A DNA stretch of 62,575 nucleotides, filler included, from Thermodesulfobacteriota bacterium (GTDB taxonomy: Bacteria > DASVDK01), in assembly GCA_036381125.1 (NCBI GenBank). It is 6 parts of 6 records of this genome, joined end to end, with 100 filler letters (N's around TTAATTAATTAA, not from the genome) between each part and the next. Parts side by side here need not be neighbours in the genome. Positions count along the whole stretch, not along the records: positions 1 to 13,002 come from DASVDK010000159.1; 5 more parts are not named here. One strand, given 5' to 3'. A program made the translations under genes and the position numbers. Below the pieces are notes generated by a model. The model was not told where the DNA came from and did not search any database. It saw only the letters and a program-made list of their open reading frames with translations. Shown here piece after piece: positions 1-13,102 of the stretch (positions within the stretch are counted from its first letter, which is position 1; each line of letters starts with the position of its first letter).

Positions 1-2207
<2,207 letters not shown>

Positions 2208-2438
2208 CGGGCCGCCCCGGCCCCGGCCGGCGCCGTCGGGGGCCGACCTCCGGGCTCGGGGCGGCCAGGCCGACCGTACGCAGCCGCCCCTGCCCCCGCC
2301 GGCAGAGCGAACCGGCTCGGTACCGCTTCGGGAGGTACGAGGCTACGCCCGCGCCCGGTGATGGCGGACCGATGACGGACTGGCCGCTCGTGACGGTCGC
2401 GGACGAGGGCCCGGGGAAGGAGCGCCGTCGACGGCCGC

Positions 2439-3700
2439 TTACTCGATGCTCCCCGTCGTCGCGACGAAGCGCGGCGCCGCGCCCGCGGCAACCGGCGATC
2501 CCGCGATCTCGGCCAGAGCGCCGGTTGCGCCGTCCACCTCGTAGATCGAGACGTTGCCGGGCACCTGGTTCGCGACGTACGCGAACCTGCCGCTCGCCTC
2601 GATCGCGATGGAGCGAGGATTGCTCGCCGTCGGCGCCGTTCCCGTCGCGGCAAGCGCGCCCGACGTGGGGTCGATCGCGTAGGCGGAGACGTTGCCGGGG
2701 CCGTAGTTCGCGACGTAGGCGAATCGCCCGGTCGGGTCGATCTCGACGGCGTTGGGCTGAATCCCGGTCAACGCCTCCTCGACGAACGTCAGGGCACCCG
2801 TGGCGCCGTCTCGCCGGTAGACGGAGAGGCGGCGCGCGGAGTCGGTAGCGTAGGCGAACCGGCCCGACGGCTCCACGGCGACGGACGTGAACTGGGCGGA
2901 GCCGGCTAGCGGTGAGCCCTCGATCTCGAGCAGGCCGCCTCCGGGGCCGATCCGGTACGCGAAGATGGCCCTGGCCGACGAGTCGCCGACGTAGGCAAAC
3001 CGCCCGGAGGGATCGATCGTGACCGATCGAGCGCCAGAGCCCGTGTTCCGGCTGCCGCTCGCGAGGAACGGGGACCCGGCGACCTCCGCGAGCGCGCCGC
3101 TCGTCGAATCGATGGCGTAGGCCGACACGTCGCCCGAGTTGATGTTCGCGACGTAGACGAACGCCCCCGAGGGGTCGACGGCGATGTCCTGCGGCGCGTG
3201 ACCGGCGGCGAACGGGGAGCCCTGGACCTCGGTGGCGATCCGGTGGCCGGGTCGATCCGGTACGCCGAGACAGTGTCGGAACTCTCGTTCGGCGCGTAGA
3301 GGTAGGTGCCCGTCGGGTCGATCACGACCGATCGGGGGCGATCGCCGGCCGCAGCGGCCGGCCCGGGCGTCAGCGCGCCGTCGGTCGCGTTGATCGCGAA
3401 GGTCTCGACGGTCCCGGAGAGCGCGCTCACCACGTACGCGAACCGCGCGCTCGGGTGGACGGCCACCGCGGACGCCCCGGCCCCGGAGACGACGTATCCG
3501 TAGTGGCGCAACTCGCCGCTGTCCGCATCGATCGTGAAGCGGGAGACCGTACCGTCCTCGGCGTTGGCGACGTAGGCGAAGCGGGGCGTGCGGAGCGGTC
3601 CGTCGTCGACCGGTGCCGCCGCGCCGGTCGCGCCGCCCCCTCCGCCGCAGGCGGCGAGGACGGCCGCGCAAAGGACCATTGCCGGGGCCCGCGACGTCAT
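2439..3700 (-). pseudogene. Lactonase-family (6-phosphogluconolactonase-like) beta-propeller lipoprotein with a single frameshift at ~3234
   Basis: Lipobox LAAC plus repeated 'IAVDPSGRFAYVAN..SxxVSAYxID..TGAL' blades. The N-half is in ORF 2906..3700 and the C-half in ORF 2439..3671. The junction reads GGA TCG CC ACC GAG; one extra base restores G-S-L-T-E-V-Q-G-S-P. Confidence 0.85.
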
Positions 3701-3824
3701 GGTCTGCCCGCCCGGAGCGCTGGCGATCGGCCAGCGGGGTATCGAGGCCGGGGCGGGGCGCCGCCAGCGCCCCGCCCCGGAAGGCGTGCCGCCCCGCTCG
3801 ACGCGGGTGGCGCCGGGGCGGCGC

Positions 3825-4277
3825 TCAACGCGTCCCCGTGAAGCTCGTCGTTCCCGAGCAGGAGTCGTCGCCGTCGGTCCAGCTCCAGTTGGAGCTGCCG
3901 CTCAGGCTGTTGCCGTTGACCGTGCCGGTGATCTGGGCGGTGGTCGTGCCGCCGTCCTCGTCGAACGATCCGGTCCAGGAGATCGTGTTGCCGTTGATCG
4001 AGCCGATGAAGGGGCCGTCGAGGGGGTCGCCGGCGGCATCGAGCACGGTGAGCTCGAACGTCGAGGCCCCGGGGGCCTGCACGACGGAGACGTCGTAGAC
4101 GTCCTTCGCGCCGACCGGCTCGCCGCAGGTGTTGTTCCCCATCGTTTCGGTGATCGTCCAGATGCCCTGCACGTCGGCCGGCGGTCCCGAGGGTCCGCCG
4201 CCTCCGCCGCCCCCGCCGCCGCAGCCGCTCAGGCCGAGCATCGCCGCCATGACAACCAGAACCCCGGTGCGCGACAT
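3825..4277 (-). CDS. Hypothetical lipoprotein (150 aa, poly-Gly linker, beta-rich)
   Basis: AGGGAGG RBS before the ATG at 4277; signal peptide with LSGC lipobox; one likely Cys pair in the mature part. Confidence 0.8.
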   Translation of the reverse strand: MSRTGVLVVMAAMLGLSGCGGGGGGGGGPSGPPADVQGIWTITETMGNNTCGEPVGAKDVYDVSVVQAPGASTFELTVLDAAGDPLDGPFIGSINGNTISWTGSFDEDGGTTTAQITGTVNGNSLSGSSNWSWTDGDDSCSGTTSFTGTR

Positions 4278-4417
4278 GATCGTCCTCCCTTGTCCTCGGC
4301 TCGTGGAGCCGTCGACGGACGAGCCTAGGCGGGTCCGATTACGGATGACGCACCGATTCGGTCGCGATTGCGGGATCGGATACGGATCGGCCGGCGCGGG
4401 GCGCGCCGGCCGCCCAT

Positions 4418-5515
4418 CTACTTGCGGGACTTGAGCCTGTACTCGGGGCTCAGCTCGAACACGCCGTCCGACACGGGCTCGACCCCGATCGAGGTGATCT
4501 CGTAGACCGCGTCGAGGAGCGGCTTGTCGGGCGTCTGATCGAGCTTCTTCGCGGCGGCGTCCTTCGCCTTGTCGCCCGCCATCCGGAAGAGGCTCCGCTT
4601 GAGCCCGGCGAGCCCGTTCGAGACGTCGACGCCGTCGGCCTCCTGCCGCGCCTCGGCGGGCCGCGCCTGCGGGCACGCCTTGCTCTCGACCTTCCACACG
4701 GTCCGCACCGAGACGGGGAAGCCCTTCACCTTCTCCATCTCCCGCGCAAGGCGTGCGGCGGCCCGCCGGTCCTCCGCGGTGACCCCCTCGATGAGCTGCG
4801 AGAGGACCAGGTACGCCTCGGCCGACACGAGCCGCGACAGGCCGACGTCGGACATGCCGAGCCGGGCGAGGTAGGCGCGGCGGAAGGCGTCCTGCATCCG
4901 CAGGGCGTCGGCGATCTGCGGCGTCTCGGGCGTCGTCCAGATGGCGAAGGCGACCGTGTTGGTGTCGCGGTTCTTCTTCGGGTCCTCCCTGACGACCGTC
5001 CAGGTCGCCGCGTACTCCTCGGCCTGGAATCCGTTGACGACGCGCGTCTGGCCGGTCGGCTTGACGGTGAAGGCGTTCCTCACGAGCTTCGTCGTGCAGG
5101 CGGGCGCCCCGGCCTCCGCCTCGGGCTCGTCGGTGCTCTCCTCGTCGGCCGTCCCGAGCAGCAGGTCGGCGCAGCCGCCGAGGGGGCACTCCTCGTACGT
5201 CTTCCGCTTCCGGTCGACGTACCAGGAGAGGTTCTTGTCCACGCGCGTGATCGTCATGCGGTTTCCGCTCGGCAGGAGCCATCGCGACACGGCCCCTTCG
5301 AACTTCAGCTCCTGGGCCGAGGCGCGCATGTCCTCGCGCGTGTAGACGGTCTCGGTGCCGCGCATGTCCGGCAGCCGGCCGCCGGAGGTGACGAACGTAG
5401 ACTTCACGACGGCGGTCGGGTGGGTGGGATAGGTGACCTGGGGCGCCGGCTTCGCGGCGCACCCGGCGAGCACGAGAGCGCAGGCGAGCAGGCTGAGCGT
5501 CGTCGAGCGGGTCAT
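4418..5515 (-). CDS. Hypothetical lipoprotein, DUF4412-like
   Basis: AGGAG upstream of the ATG at 5515; lipobox LAGC; 'TGQTRVVNGFQAEEY' resembles the DUF4412/GLPGLI-type motif; typical high-GC codon use. Confidence 0.75.
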   Translation of the reverse strand: MTRSTTLSLLACALVLAGCAAKPAPQVTYPTHPTAVVKSTFVTSGGRLPDMRGTETVYTREDMRASAQELKFEGAVSRWLLPSGNRMTITRVDKNLSWYVDRKRKTYEECPLGGCADLLLGTADEESTDEPEAEAGAPACTTKLVRNAFTVKPTGQTRVVNGFQAEEYAATWTVVREDPKKNRDTNTVAFAIWTTPETPQIADALRMQDAFRRAYLARLGMSDVGLSRLVSAEAYLVLSQLIEGVTAEDRRAAARLAREMEKVKGFPVSVRTVWKVESKACPQARPAEARQEADGVDVSNGLAGLKRSLFRMAGDKAKDAAAKKLDQTPDKPLLDAVYEITSIGVEPVSDGVFELSPEYRLKSRK

Positions 5516-5893
5516 CGGCGTCGGGCTCCTCGAGGTCGGGTGTCTGATGTCGCGTCGAGCGGCCGGGCACGCGCGCGCTCCCAGACCAGTGGACCGGCGA
5601 GACGGGCGTGCCCGCCCGCTCGACGCATGCGGGCGGGCACCTTGCCACAACTCCCCGGCGGACGGAAGGGGAATTGCCGCTCGGCAGGGTCGAGTCGGGG
5701 CCAGGGGCCCTGGTCGCGATCGGTGCCGGGGAAGACGCCGATCAGCCGGGGAGCGTCGTCGGGGGAGCCGGCGAGCGGGAGCGGCGAGGCACTGCCTCGA
5801 CCCCGGACGCTACGCGGTCGGGATCGACGCCGTCGGCACGCCGAGCGGACGGGTGCCGTACACGCTGGCGATCCGGTAGCCCCCGCGCGGCGC

Positions 5894-6488
5894 TCAGGCC
5901 TGTGCGGCCCCGAGCGTCCGGCCGAGCGCCTCGGTCTCGGGGGACGGGAGCACGCCGACGAGGGCCGCGAGCGTCTCGCGGCAGCGCGCGTAGAGCGTGA
6001 GCGCCTCGGCGCGGCGCCCGAGGCGGGCGTACCCGCGCATGAGCCGCCGGTAGAGGTCCTCGGCGCCGGGCTCGAGCTCGAGCGCCCGCTCGTAGCAGGC
6101 CACGGCGTCCTCCCACCGCCCGGCCGCCTCGTGGCGCCGGCCCGCCTCGGCCGTGACCCTGACGAGCCGGGCGTGGAGCGCCTCGCGCAGGCGGATGCTC
6201 GTGGGGTGCTCGTCGGCCGGCAGGAAGCGGCCGCGGTAGAGCGCGAGGGCCTCCCCGACGGCGTGCAGGCCCTCGACGCCGGGGGTCGCGAGCAGCGCGG
6301 CGTCCGCCTCGGCGAGCTTCGCCTCGAGCGCCCAGGCGTCCACGCGGCAGAGCCTGGAGTCGAGGGCGATCAGGCCGTCCCGGCGCACCACGGCCGCGGC
6401 GTGCCGAAGCAGGCGACGCAGCCGGTGGAGCGTCGTCGACGCGCACCTCGAAGCGGCCGAGCGTGATGACCTCCACCGGAGCGACCAT
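5894..6488 (-). pseudogene. SARP/AfsR-type (BTAD) transcriptional activator with the winged-helix segment deleted
   Basis: GGAGGT RBS, then MVAPVEVITLGRFEVRVDD, then an out-of-frame jump at ~6435 to TTLHRLRRLL...VDAWAL...ALALYRGRFL...ALELEP.AEDLYRRLMR.Y...GRRAEAL..Y.RCRE.L...GV.PSPET (BTAD). Confidence 0.85.
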
Positions 6489-6526
6489 CGAGCACCTCCC
6501 GGCACAGCGCCTGCTCTACGAGGGCG

Positions 6527-6541
6527 GCAAGGAGCGTGCCT
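6527..6541 (-). promoter_or_regulatory. Putative sigma54 (-24/-12) promoter of the BTAD regulator gene
   Basis: The minus strand reads AGGCACG-CTCC-TTGC (GG-N10-GC, close to the TGGCACG-N4-TTGC consensus), about 40 nt upstream of the ATG at 6488. Confidence 0.55.
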
Positions 6542-6651
6542 GGTCTCTCGCCGGCCGCTCGGCCGTCCCAAGTGCGCGATGCCCCGCCGGTCCGGCGGCG
6601 GCGGCCGGCGGGGAGGCGTATCGATTCCGGTACGCCGGTGCACGAAAGGAT

Positions 6652-7677
6652 TCAGCGGATCCCGAGGCTGCGGATGAGCTTCGACAGGTAGGTGCGCTGC
6701 AGGCCGAGGGCCCTCGCGGCGGCCGCGCGGTTGCCGCCGGCCCGCTGGAGGGCCGCGGCGATGATCTGGCGGCGGTACGCGTCGATCGCGTCGTGGTAGG
6801 GGAGGCCGTCGGCGGGCTCGCCCGGTCGGCGCGCGAGCAGGCGGTCGGGGAGGGCGGCGGTGGTGATCGTCGCGCCCTCGCCCAGGACGACTGCGCGTTC
6901 CATGAGGTTCGCGAGCTCGCGCACGTTGCCCGGCCAGTCGTAGGCGACGAGCCGCTCCATCGCCTCCGGCGCGATCGCGGGCACCGGCGTCTTGGCCTCG
7001 CGCGCGAACCGCTCGAGGAAGAAGCGGGCGAGGGCGGGGACGTCGCCGCGCCTGGCCCGAAGCGGCGGGAGCACGATCGGCACGACGTTGAGGCGGTAGT
7101 AGAGGTCCTCGCGGAAGCGGCGCTGCCGGACCTCGGCCTCCAGGTCCCGGTTCGTTGCCGCGATCACGCGGACGTCGACCGCGATCGGCTTCGTGCCGCC
7201 CACCCGCTCGAACTCCCGCTCCTGGAGGAAGCGCAGGAGCCGGCTCTGCAGATCGAGCGGCATGTCGCCGACCTCGTCGATGACCTCCTCGATCGGGAAG
7301 CGCTCGACCACGACGTCCATGCGGCCCGCCTCGATCTTCGAGAGATCGAGCAGCCCGTTGATGAGGCCGAGGAGGTGCTCGGCAATCACGAGGACCTTGC
7401 GGAGGTTGTCCCGCTGCAGCGGGGCCATCTCGGGCCCGGCCTTCCGGAGGACGAGGCGGGTGAAGCCGATGATCGCGTTCAGGGGCGTGCGAAGCTCGCG
7501 GCTCACGTTGGCGAGAAACGCCGACTTGTGCCGCGAGGCGGCCTCGAGCGCGCGGTTGGCCTCCTCGAGCTCGCTCGTGCGGGCCCGGATCCTGGCCTCG
7601 AGCGCCTCGGCGTGCTCGCGGACGACCCGGTCGAGGGCCGCGGTCTCGACGGCCGTGGCGGCCAGGGCGGCGAGCGC
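6652..7677 (-). pseudogene. Chimeric remnant: HisKA (phospho-His mutated to Arg) fused in frame to the C-terminal half of a sigma54 activator with Fis HTH
   Basis: KSAFLANVSRELRTPLNAIIGF...LLDLSKIEAGRM...IEEVIDEV|GDMPLDLQSRLLRFLQEREFERVGG...FREDLYYRL...WPGNVREL...GNRAAAARALG. No HATPase, REC, Walker A or GAFTGA. Confidence 0.85.
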
Positions 7678-8149
7678 GCAGGAGCTGCCGGTCCTCCTCC
7701 CGGAACTCGCGCGGCCCGCGCGTGGCCACGGAGAGCCGCCCGATCGGCGCCTCTCGCGTCTCGAGCGCGGCGGACAGCTCCGACTCGAACCCGGCCTCGG
7801 CGTCGGCGTCGCTCGGGGCGCGGACGGCCGGCGCCTCCCCGGCCGGGTCGTGCAGCGTGATCTCGGCGAGGTCGGCGTCGAGGAGGGTCCTGGCCCGCTC
7901 GACGATGCGGCGCAGGATGGTCTCGAGCCCGGCCCGAGCGGTCATCTCCCGGGCGATCTCGTAGAGCGCCCGCGCCTCGACGATCTTCCGCTCGAGGGCG
8001 ACCTGGTGCTGCTTGAGCCGTTCGGCCATCCGGTTGAACGGCTCGGCAAGGAGCCCGATCTCGTCCGCGGAGGCGTGGCGGATCCGCACGTCGAGGTCGC
8101 CGGCCGCGACCTGCCGCGTCGCCCGCACCAGCTCCCCGATGGGCCTCAC
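7678..8149 (-). pseudogene. HAMP plus shortened GAF segment of the same sensor kinase
   Basis: RPIGELVRATRQVAAGDL...DEIGLLAEPFNRMAERL (HAMP); LYEIAREM...LETILRRIVERA...IGRLSVA....REFREEDRQLL (GAF); frameshift at ~7677. Confidence 0.8.
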
Positions 8150-8685
8150 GAGCCGAGCGCGAGTCGCCGCACCCGGGCGACGCCCTCCCGGAGGGGCCGG
8201 GTCGTGAGCCCGAGGCGCACCCCGCCGAGGCGCACGTCGCCGGCCACGACGATCGGCTGGGCCGCGTCGAGCATGCGCTCGGCAGGGTCGCCGCGCGTGT
8301 ACTGCACGAGGGGTCCCTCGGCCCGGATCGCCGCGCGGTGCGTCGGATCGTGGGGCACGGCGTTGAAGTGCGGGTTCGCCCAGGTCCCGTCGGCGAGGAT
8401 CCGCCCGTCGCGGTCGTAGACGTAGGCGTACCGCACGTAGGGCTGCTGCAGGACCTTCTCGAGCAGGATCCTGAGCTGGTCGAAGCGCAGGTCGTACACG
8501 GCGTTGGTCGCGCTCACCGCGAGGATGGAGGCCATCGACGTGGCGCTCAGCTCGAAGGCCGCCCGCTCCCGGGCCTCGTAGACCCGCACCACGGCGAGGA
8601 GCCCGATGGTGCCGATGCCGGTGATGAGCAGCGCGAACGCCAGGACGAGGCGGGCCTGGAAGCTGCCGAGCCAGCGCGGCGCCAT
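8146..8685 (-). pseudogene. N-terminal TM plus periplasmic Cache-like sensor domain of the same kinase; second TM helix missing
   Basis: Hydrophobic TM1, 'YAYVYDRDGRILA' and 'PIVV....LGGVRLGLT'. It stops where TM2 should be and overlaps the HAMP frame out of phase. Confidence 0.8.
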
Positions 8686-8698
8686 GTGTTCGGCGCGC

Positions 8699-9624
8699 CT
8701 ACCTGCGCCCGGGTTCGAGCAGCTCGCGGATCCGCGCGTAGGCGGCGTCGGCCCCGCCGGGCAGCTCGTCGAACCGCGTCGTCTGGTCCGTACGCTGGAG
8801 GACGTCCCGCCCCTCCTGGGTGTCGTGCATGGAGAGGAGGATGCGCTTCAGGCGCGTCGCCAGATCGGGGGGACGGCGGGGCTCACCGAGACGAGGTGCC
8901 GCGGGACCGCCTGGGTCTCGGCCAGCACGACGAGACCCGCGCGGCGCCGCGGGTCGAGCGCGTCGAGGCCGGCGTCGCTCAGCGCGCCGGCCGCCGCACG
9001 GCCGAGGAGCACCCAGTTGACGACGTTCTCCTCGTCGCCGTGCGCGAACAGGTAGCCGATCTCCCCGGCGGCGACCGCCGCGTCGAACGAGGGCTTTTCG
9101 TCGAGGACGAAGCCCTTGCGGACCAGCAGCGACCGGGGAAGGGCGTACCCGGACGTCGAGCCGGCGTCCTCGAAGACGACGAGCTTGCCGCGCAGGTTGT
9201 CGAGATCGCGCAGCCCGGAGTCCCGGCGCGCGAAGATGACGCTCCGGTATTCGCCCCGGCCCTTCTTCCAGCGCCGCAGGAGGAGCCGCGCGCCGGTCCG
9301 CTCGTTGACCACGTACGTGGCGTAGAGGCTCTCCATGTAGAAGTGGATGCGGCCCTCGTCGACGAGCTTGACGAGCGCGTCGGGCGTCGCGGCGATCCGG
9401 ACGGCGCCCTGCGCCCCTCCGCCCGGGAAGAGCTTCCTCGCCACGTACCGGACGAAGTCGATGTGCCGCTCCACCGTCTCGCCCGGCATCTCGGCCATCA
9501 TCCCGAGCGTGAGGACCGGAGGCGGATTCCCGGCGGCCGACCCGGCATGGGCCCGGCCGGCGGCGGCGACGGACAGGAGCGCCAGACACGAGACGAGCGC
9601 GCGTCGGCAGGACGGTGACCCCAT
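8699..9624 (-). pseudogene. PhnD/phosphate-phosphonate-type periplasmic binding protein with a -1 frameshift in a C6 run (8867-8872)
   Basis: Signal peptide, 'YRSVIFARRDSG..DLDNLRGK...DAGSTSGY.LP'. The C-terminal helix (DLATRLKRILLSM) continues in the adjacent frame; a seventh C would join them. Confidence 0.85.
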
Positions 9625-9800
9625 GGCGACGGCTCCCGGTCAGAGCGTTCGGGTGCGCCTGGGCTGCGCCGGGCGATGCGGCATCGGGCACGGGGGACTG
9701 CGGCCGATTATACAGCGCCTCGACCCACCGCTCGCGCGGGCGCCGGCCGCCCGGAGGCGCCCGGACCGATCGGCCGCAAGCCTCCCCTCGCGCGCCGTAC

Positions 9801-9818
9801 GGATCGGGTACCCGATCC
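9801..9818. promoter_or_regulatory. Perfect 18-bp palindrome, candidate operator
   Basis: GGATCGGGTACCCGATCC in the intergenic region upstream of the binding-protein/kinase operon. Confidence 0.3.
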
Positions 9819-9871
9819 CGCGCGATCGCCGTGCGGCCCCGGTCGGATCCGATGCAGGCGGGTCGGGTCGG

Positions 9872-11239
9872 TCAGGCCGGCGTGCGCGGCACGGGCGGCG
9901 GCAGCCCCGGCCGCGCGAAGAGGTAGCCTTGCGCGAGGTCGGCCCCGTGGTCGCGGAACCAGCGCCACTCGCGCTCGCTCTCGACCCCCTCGGCCACCGT
10001 GCGCGCGCCGAGCGCCCGCGCGGAGTCGAGGAGCCGGGCGACGATCTCGGCGCGATACGGGTCGGCGTCGATGTCCCGGACGAGCGCCATGTCGAGCTTC
10101 ACGAAGTCGGGGTGGAGCTGGGCGAGCAGGGTCAGGGAGCTGTAGCCGGCGCCGAGGTCGTCGAGCGCCACCCGGAAGCCGGCCGCCCGGTAGTCCTCGA
10201 GCATGCGAAGGACGCGCGGCACGTCCGCGATCCGGTCGCTCTCGACGATCTCGAAGACTGTCTGCTGCGGCGCGAGCCCCGCCTCCGTGATGGCGTCGCA
10301 GGTGGCGCCGAGGTGCGCGTCGCTGTCGCCGAGCGTGGCCGGGTTGACGTTGATGAAGAGGTGCGCGGCGAGCCCCAGCGAGGCGGCGCCGCGGACGGCC
10401 GACAGCCGCGCCTGCCGGTCGAGGGCGAAGAGGAGGTTCGCGGCGCGGCCGCGCGCGTACAGCTCCAGCGGGCTCACCAGCGAGCCGTCGGCCGCCTGGC
10501 CCCGCACGAGCGCCTCGTAGCCGAAGACCGACTCGGGCGCGTCGCAGTGGACGATCGGCTGGAAGTGGGAGACCAGACGGCCCTCGTCCAGCATGGCGGC
10601 GAGCGAGGCCCCCTCGACGGTCGCGACGAGGGTCTCGAGGGAGGCCATGCCGACCAGGTCGCGCAGCGTCGGCCGGGCGCCGCCCCGCATGACGACGGCC
10701 TTGCAGCGCTCCCGCTCGGCGTGGAAGAGGAGGCGCTGGAGCGTGGCGACGATGCGCGCGAGCAGGCCCTCCTCGAGCGGCACCGCGAGGACGTCGGGGT
10801 ACTGGCGGGACCAGGCGATCCCCTCCGCGCTCAGGGCGGCCTCCACGCGGGCCCGGACGTCGTCGTTCGGCGCGACCAGGTAGAGCGCCTCGGCGTCGGG
10901 GTGGGCGGCCTGCGCCGGCGGGTCGGACGCGGCGGCGCGCGTCTGGTCCCGGACGTACCGGCCGATGGCCGCCTCGTGCTCGGGCGCGAGCCAGGTGAAG
11001 CGCAGCCCCATGCCGAGGAGCGGCTCGGCCCAGACCACGACCGCCTCGACGGGGATCGTCTCCGGGTAGCCCGGGAGGGTGAAGCGGAGCCTGACGGGGG
11101 TCCCCTCCGGCAGGGGATCGCCGGTCGTGACGAAGAGGCCGCCGGTGCCGATGTTGCGCGTGCGGCGGCGCAGCGGGGCGGTCTCGGGACCGTACTCCAC
11201 GTCCACGACGAGCGGAACCCTGGGTGGACGCCGGGCCAT
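9872..11239 (-). CDS. PilZ-EAL c-di-GMP phosphodiesterase
   Basis: GAGGAGG RBS before the ATG at 11239. PilZ motifs RRPPR and NIGTGGLF. EAL motifs FQPIV, YEALVR, INVNP, FEIVES, ALDDLGAGYSSL, VKLD, VAEGVE, AQGY. Confidence 0.92.
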   Translation of the reverse strand: MARRPPRVPLVVDVEYGPETAPLRRRTRNIGTGGLFVTTGDPLPEGTPVRLRFTLPGYPETIPVEAVVVWAEPLLGMGLRFTWLAPEHEAAIGRYVRDQTRAAASDPPAQAAHPDAEALYLVAPNDDVRARVEAALSAEGIAWSRQYPDVLAVPLEEGLLARIVATLQRLLFHAERERCKAVVMRGGARPTLRDLVGMASLETLVATVEGASLAAMLDEGRLVSHFQPIVHCDAPESVFGYEALVRGQAADGSLVSPLELYARGRAANLLFALDRQARLSAVRGAASLGLAAHLFINVNPATLGDSDAHLGATCDAITEAGLAPQQTVFEIVESDRIADVPRVLRMLEDYRAAGFRVALDDLGAGYSSLTLLAQLHPDFVKLDMALVRDIDADPYRAEIVARLLDSARALGARTVAEGVESEREWRWFRDHGADLAQGYLFARPGLPPPVPRTPA

Positions 11240-11384
11240 AGCCTCCTCACCATGGGAGCCGGGGGCGGCGAACCATGTCACAGATCGGTCGGCATGGGAA
11301 GGGGAAAAATCGGGCGCCGACCGCGCCGCCGATCGGGTGCGCGCTGCCGGTCGCTCGAGGCGCCGCCGGAGGGGGTGCGCCACC

Positions 11385-11413
11385 TTGACATGGCGGGGCC
11401 CGGGCGTGAGAAT
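11385..11413 (+). promoter_or_regulatory. Putative sigma70 promoter of the NtrC-like gene
   Basis: TTGACA-17 nt-GAGAAT, ending 8 nt before the ATG at 11422; no Shine-Dalgarno. Confidence 0.55.
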
Positions 11414-11421
11414 CCGCCAGC

Positions 11422-12963
<1,542 letters not shown>

Positions 12964-13002
12964 CCGATCGATCGCCGCCCCCTCCGGCAGGATCCCGTTC
13001 CA

Positions 13003-13102
13003 NNNNNNNNNNNNNNNNNNNNNNNNNNNNNNNNNNNNNNNNNNNNTTAATTAATTAANNNNNNNNNNNNNNNNNNNNNNNNNNNNNNNNNNNNNNNNNN
13101 NN
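13003..13102. other. Artificial contig spacer
   Basis: N-run with TTAATTAATTAA (stop codons in all six frames). Confidence 0.99.

Noticed and set aside
2300-2438. Short peptide-like scraps (YRFGRYE, VTVADEGPG) downstream of clpB
   Set aside because: Too short to support a gene-remnant call.
5633-5648. Possible sigma54 promoter TGGCAAGGTGCCCGC on the minus strand
   Set aside because: The -12 element is poor (CCGC); such matches are likely by chance in GC-rich DNA.
5894-8149. 751-aa HAMP-GAF-BTAD ORF as a real multidomain protein
   Set aside because: The middle is out-of-frame read-through of the HisKA/sigma54 remnant and intergenic DNA; the two ends belong to different broken genes.
8867-8872. 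Phase-variable homopolymer switch in the binding-protein gene
   Set aside because: A run of six is short and the rest of the operon is already broken; decay or sequencing error is the simpler explanation.
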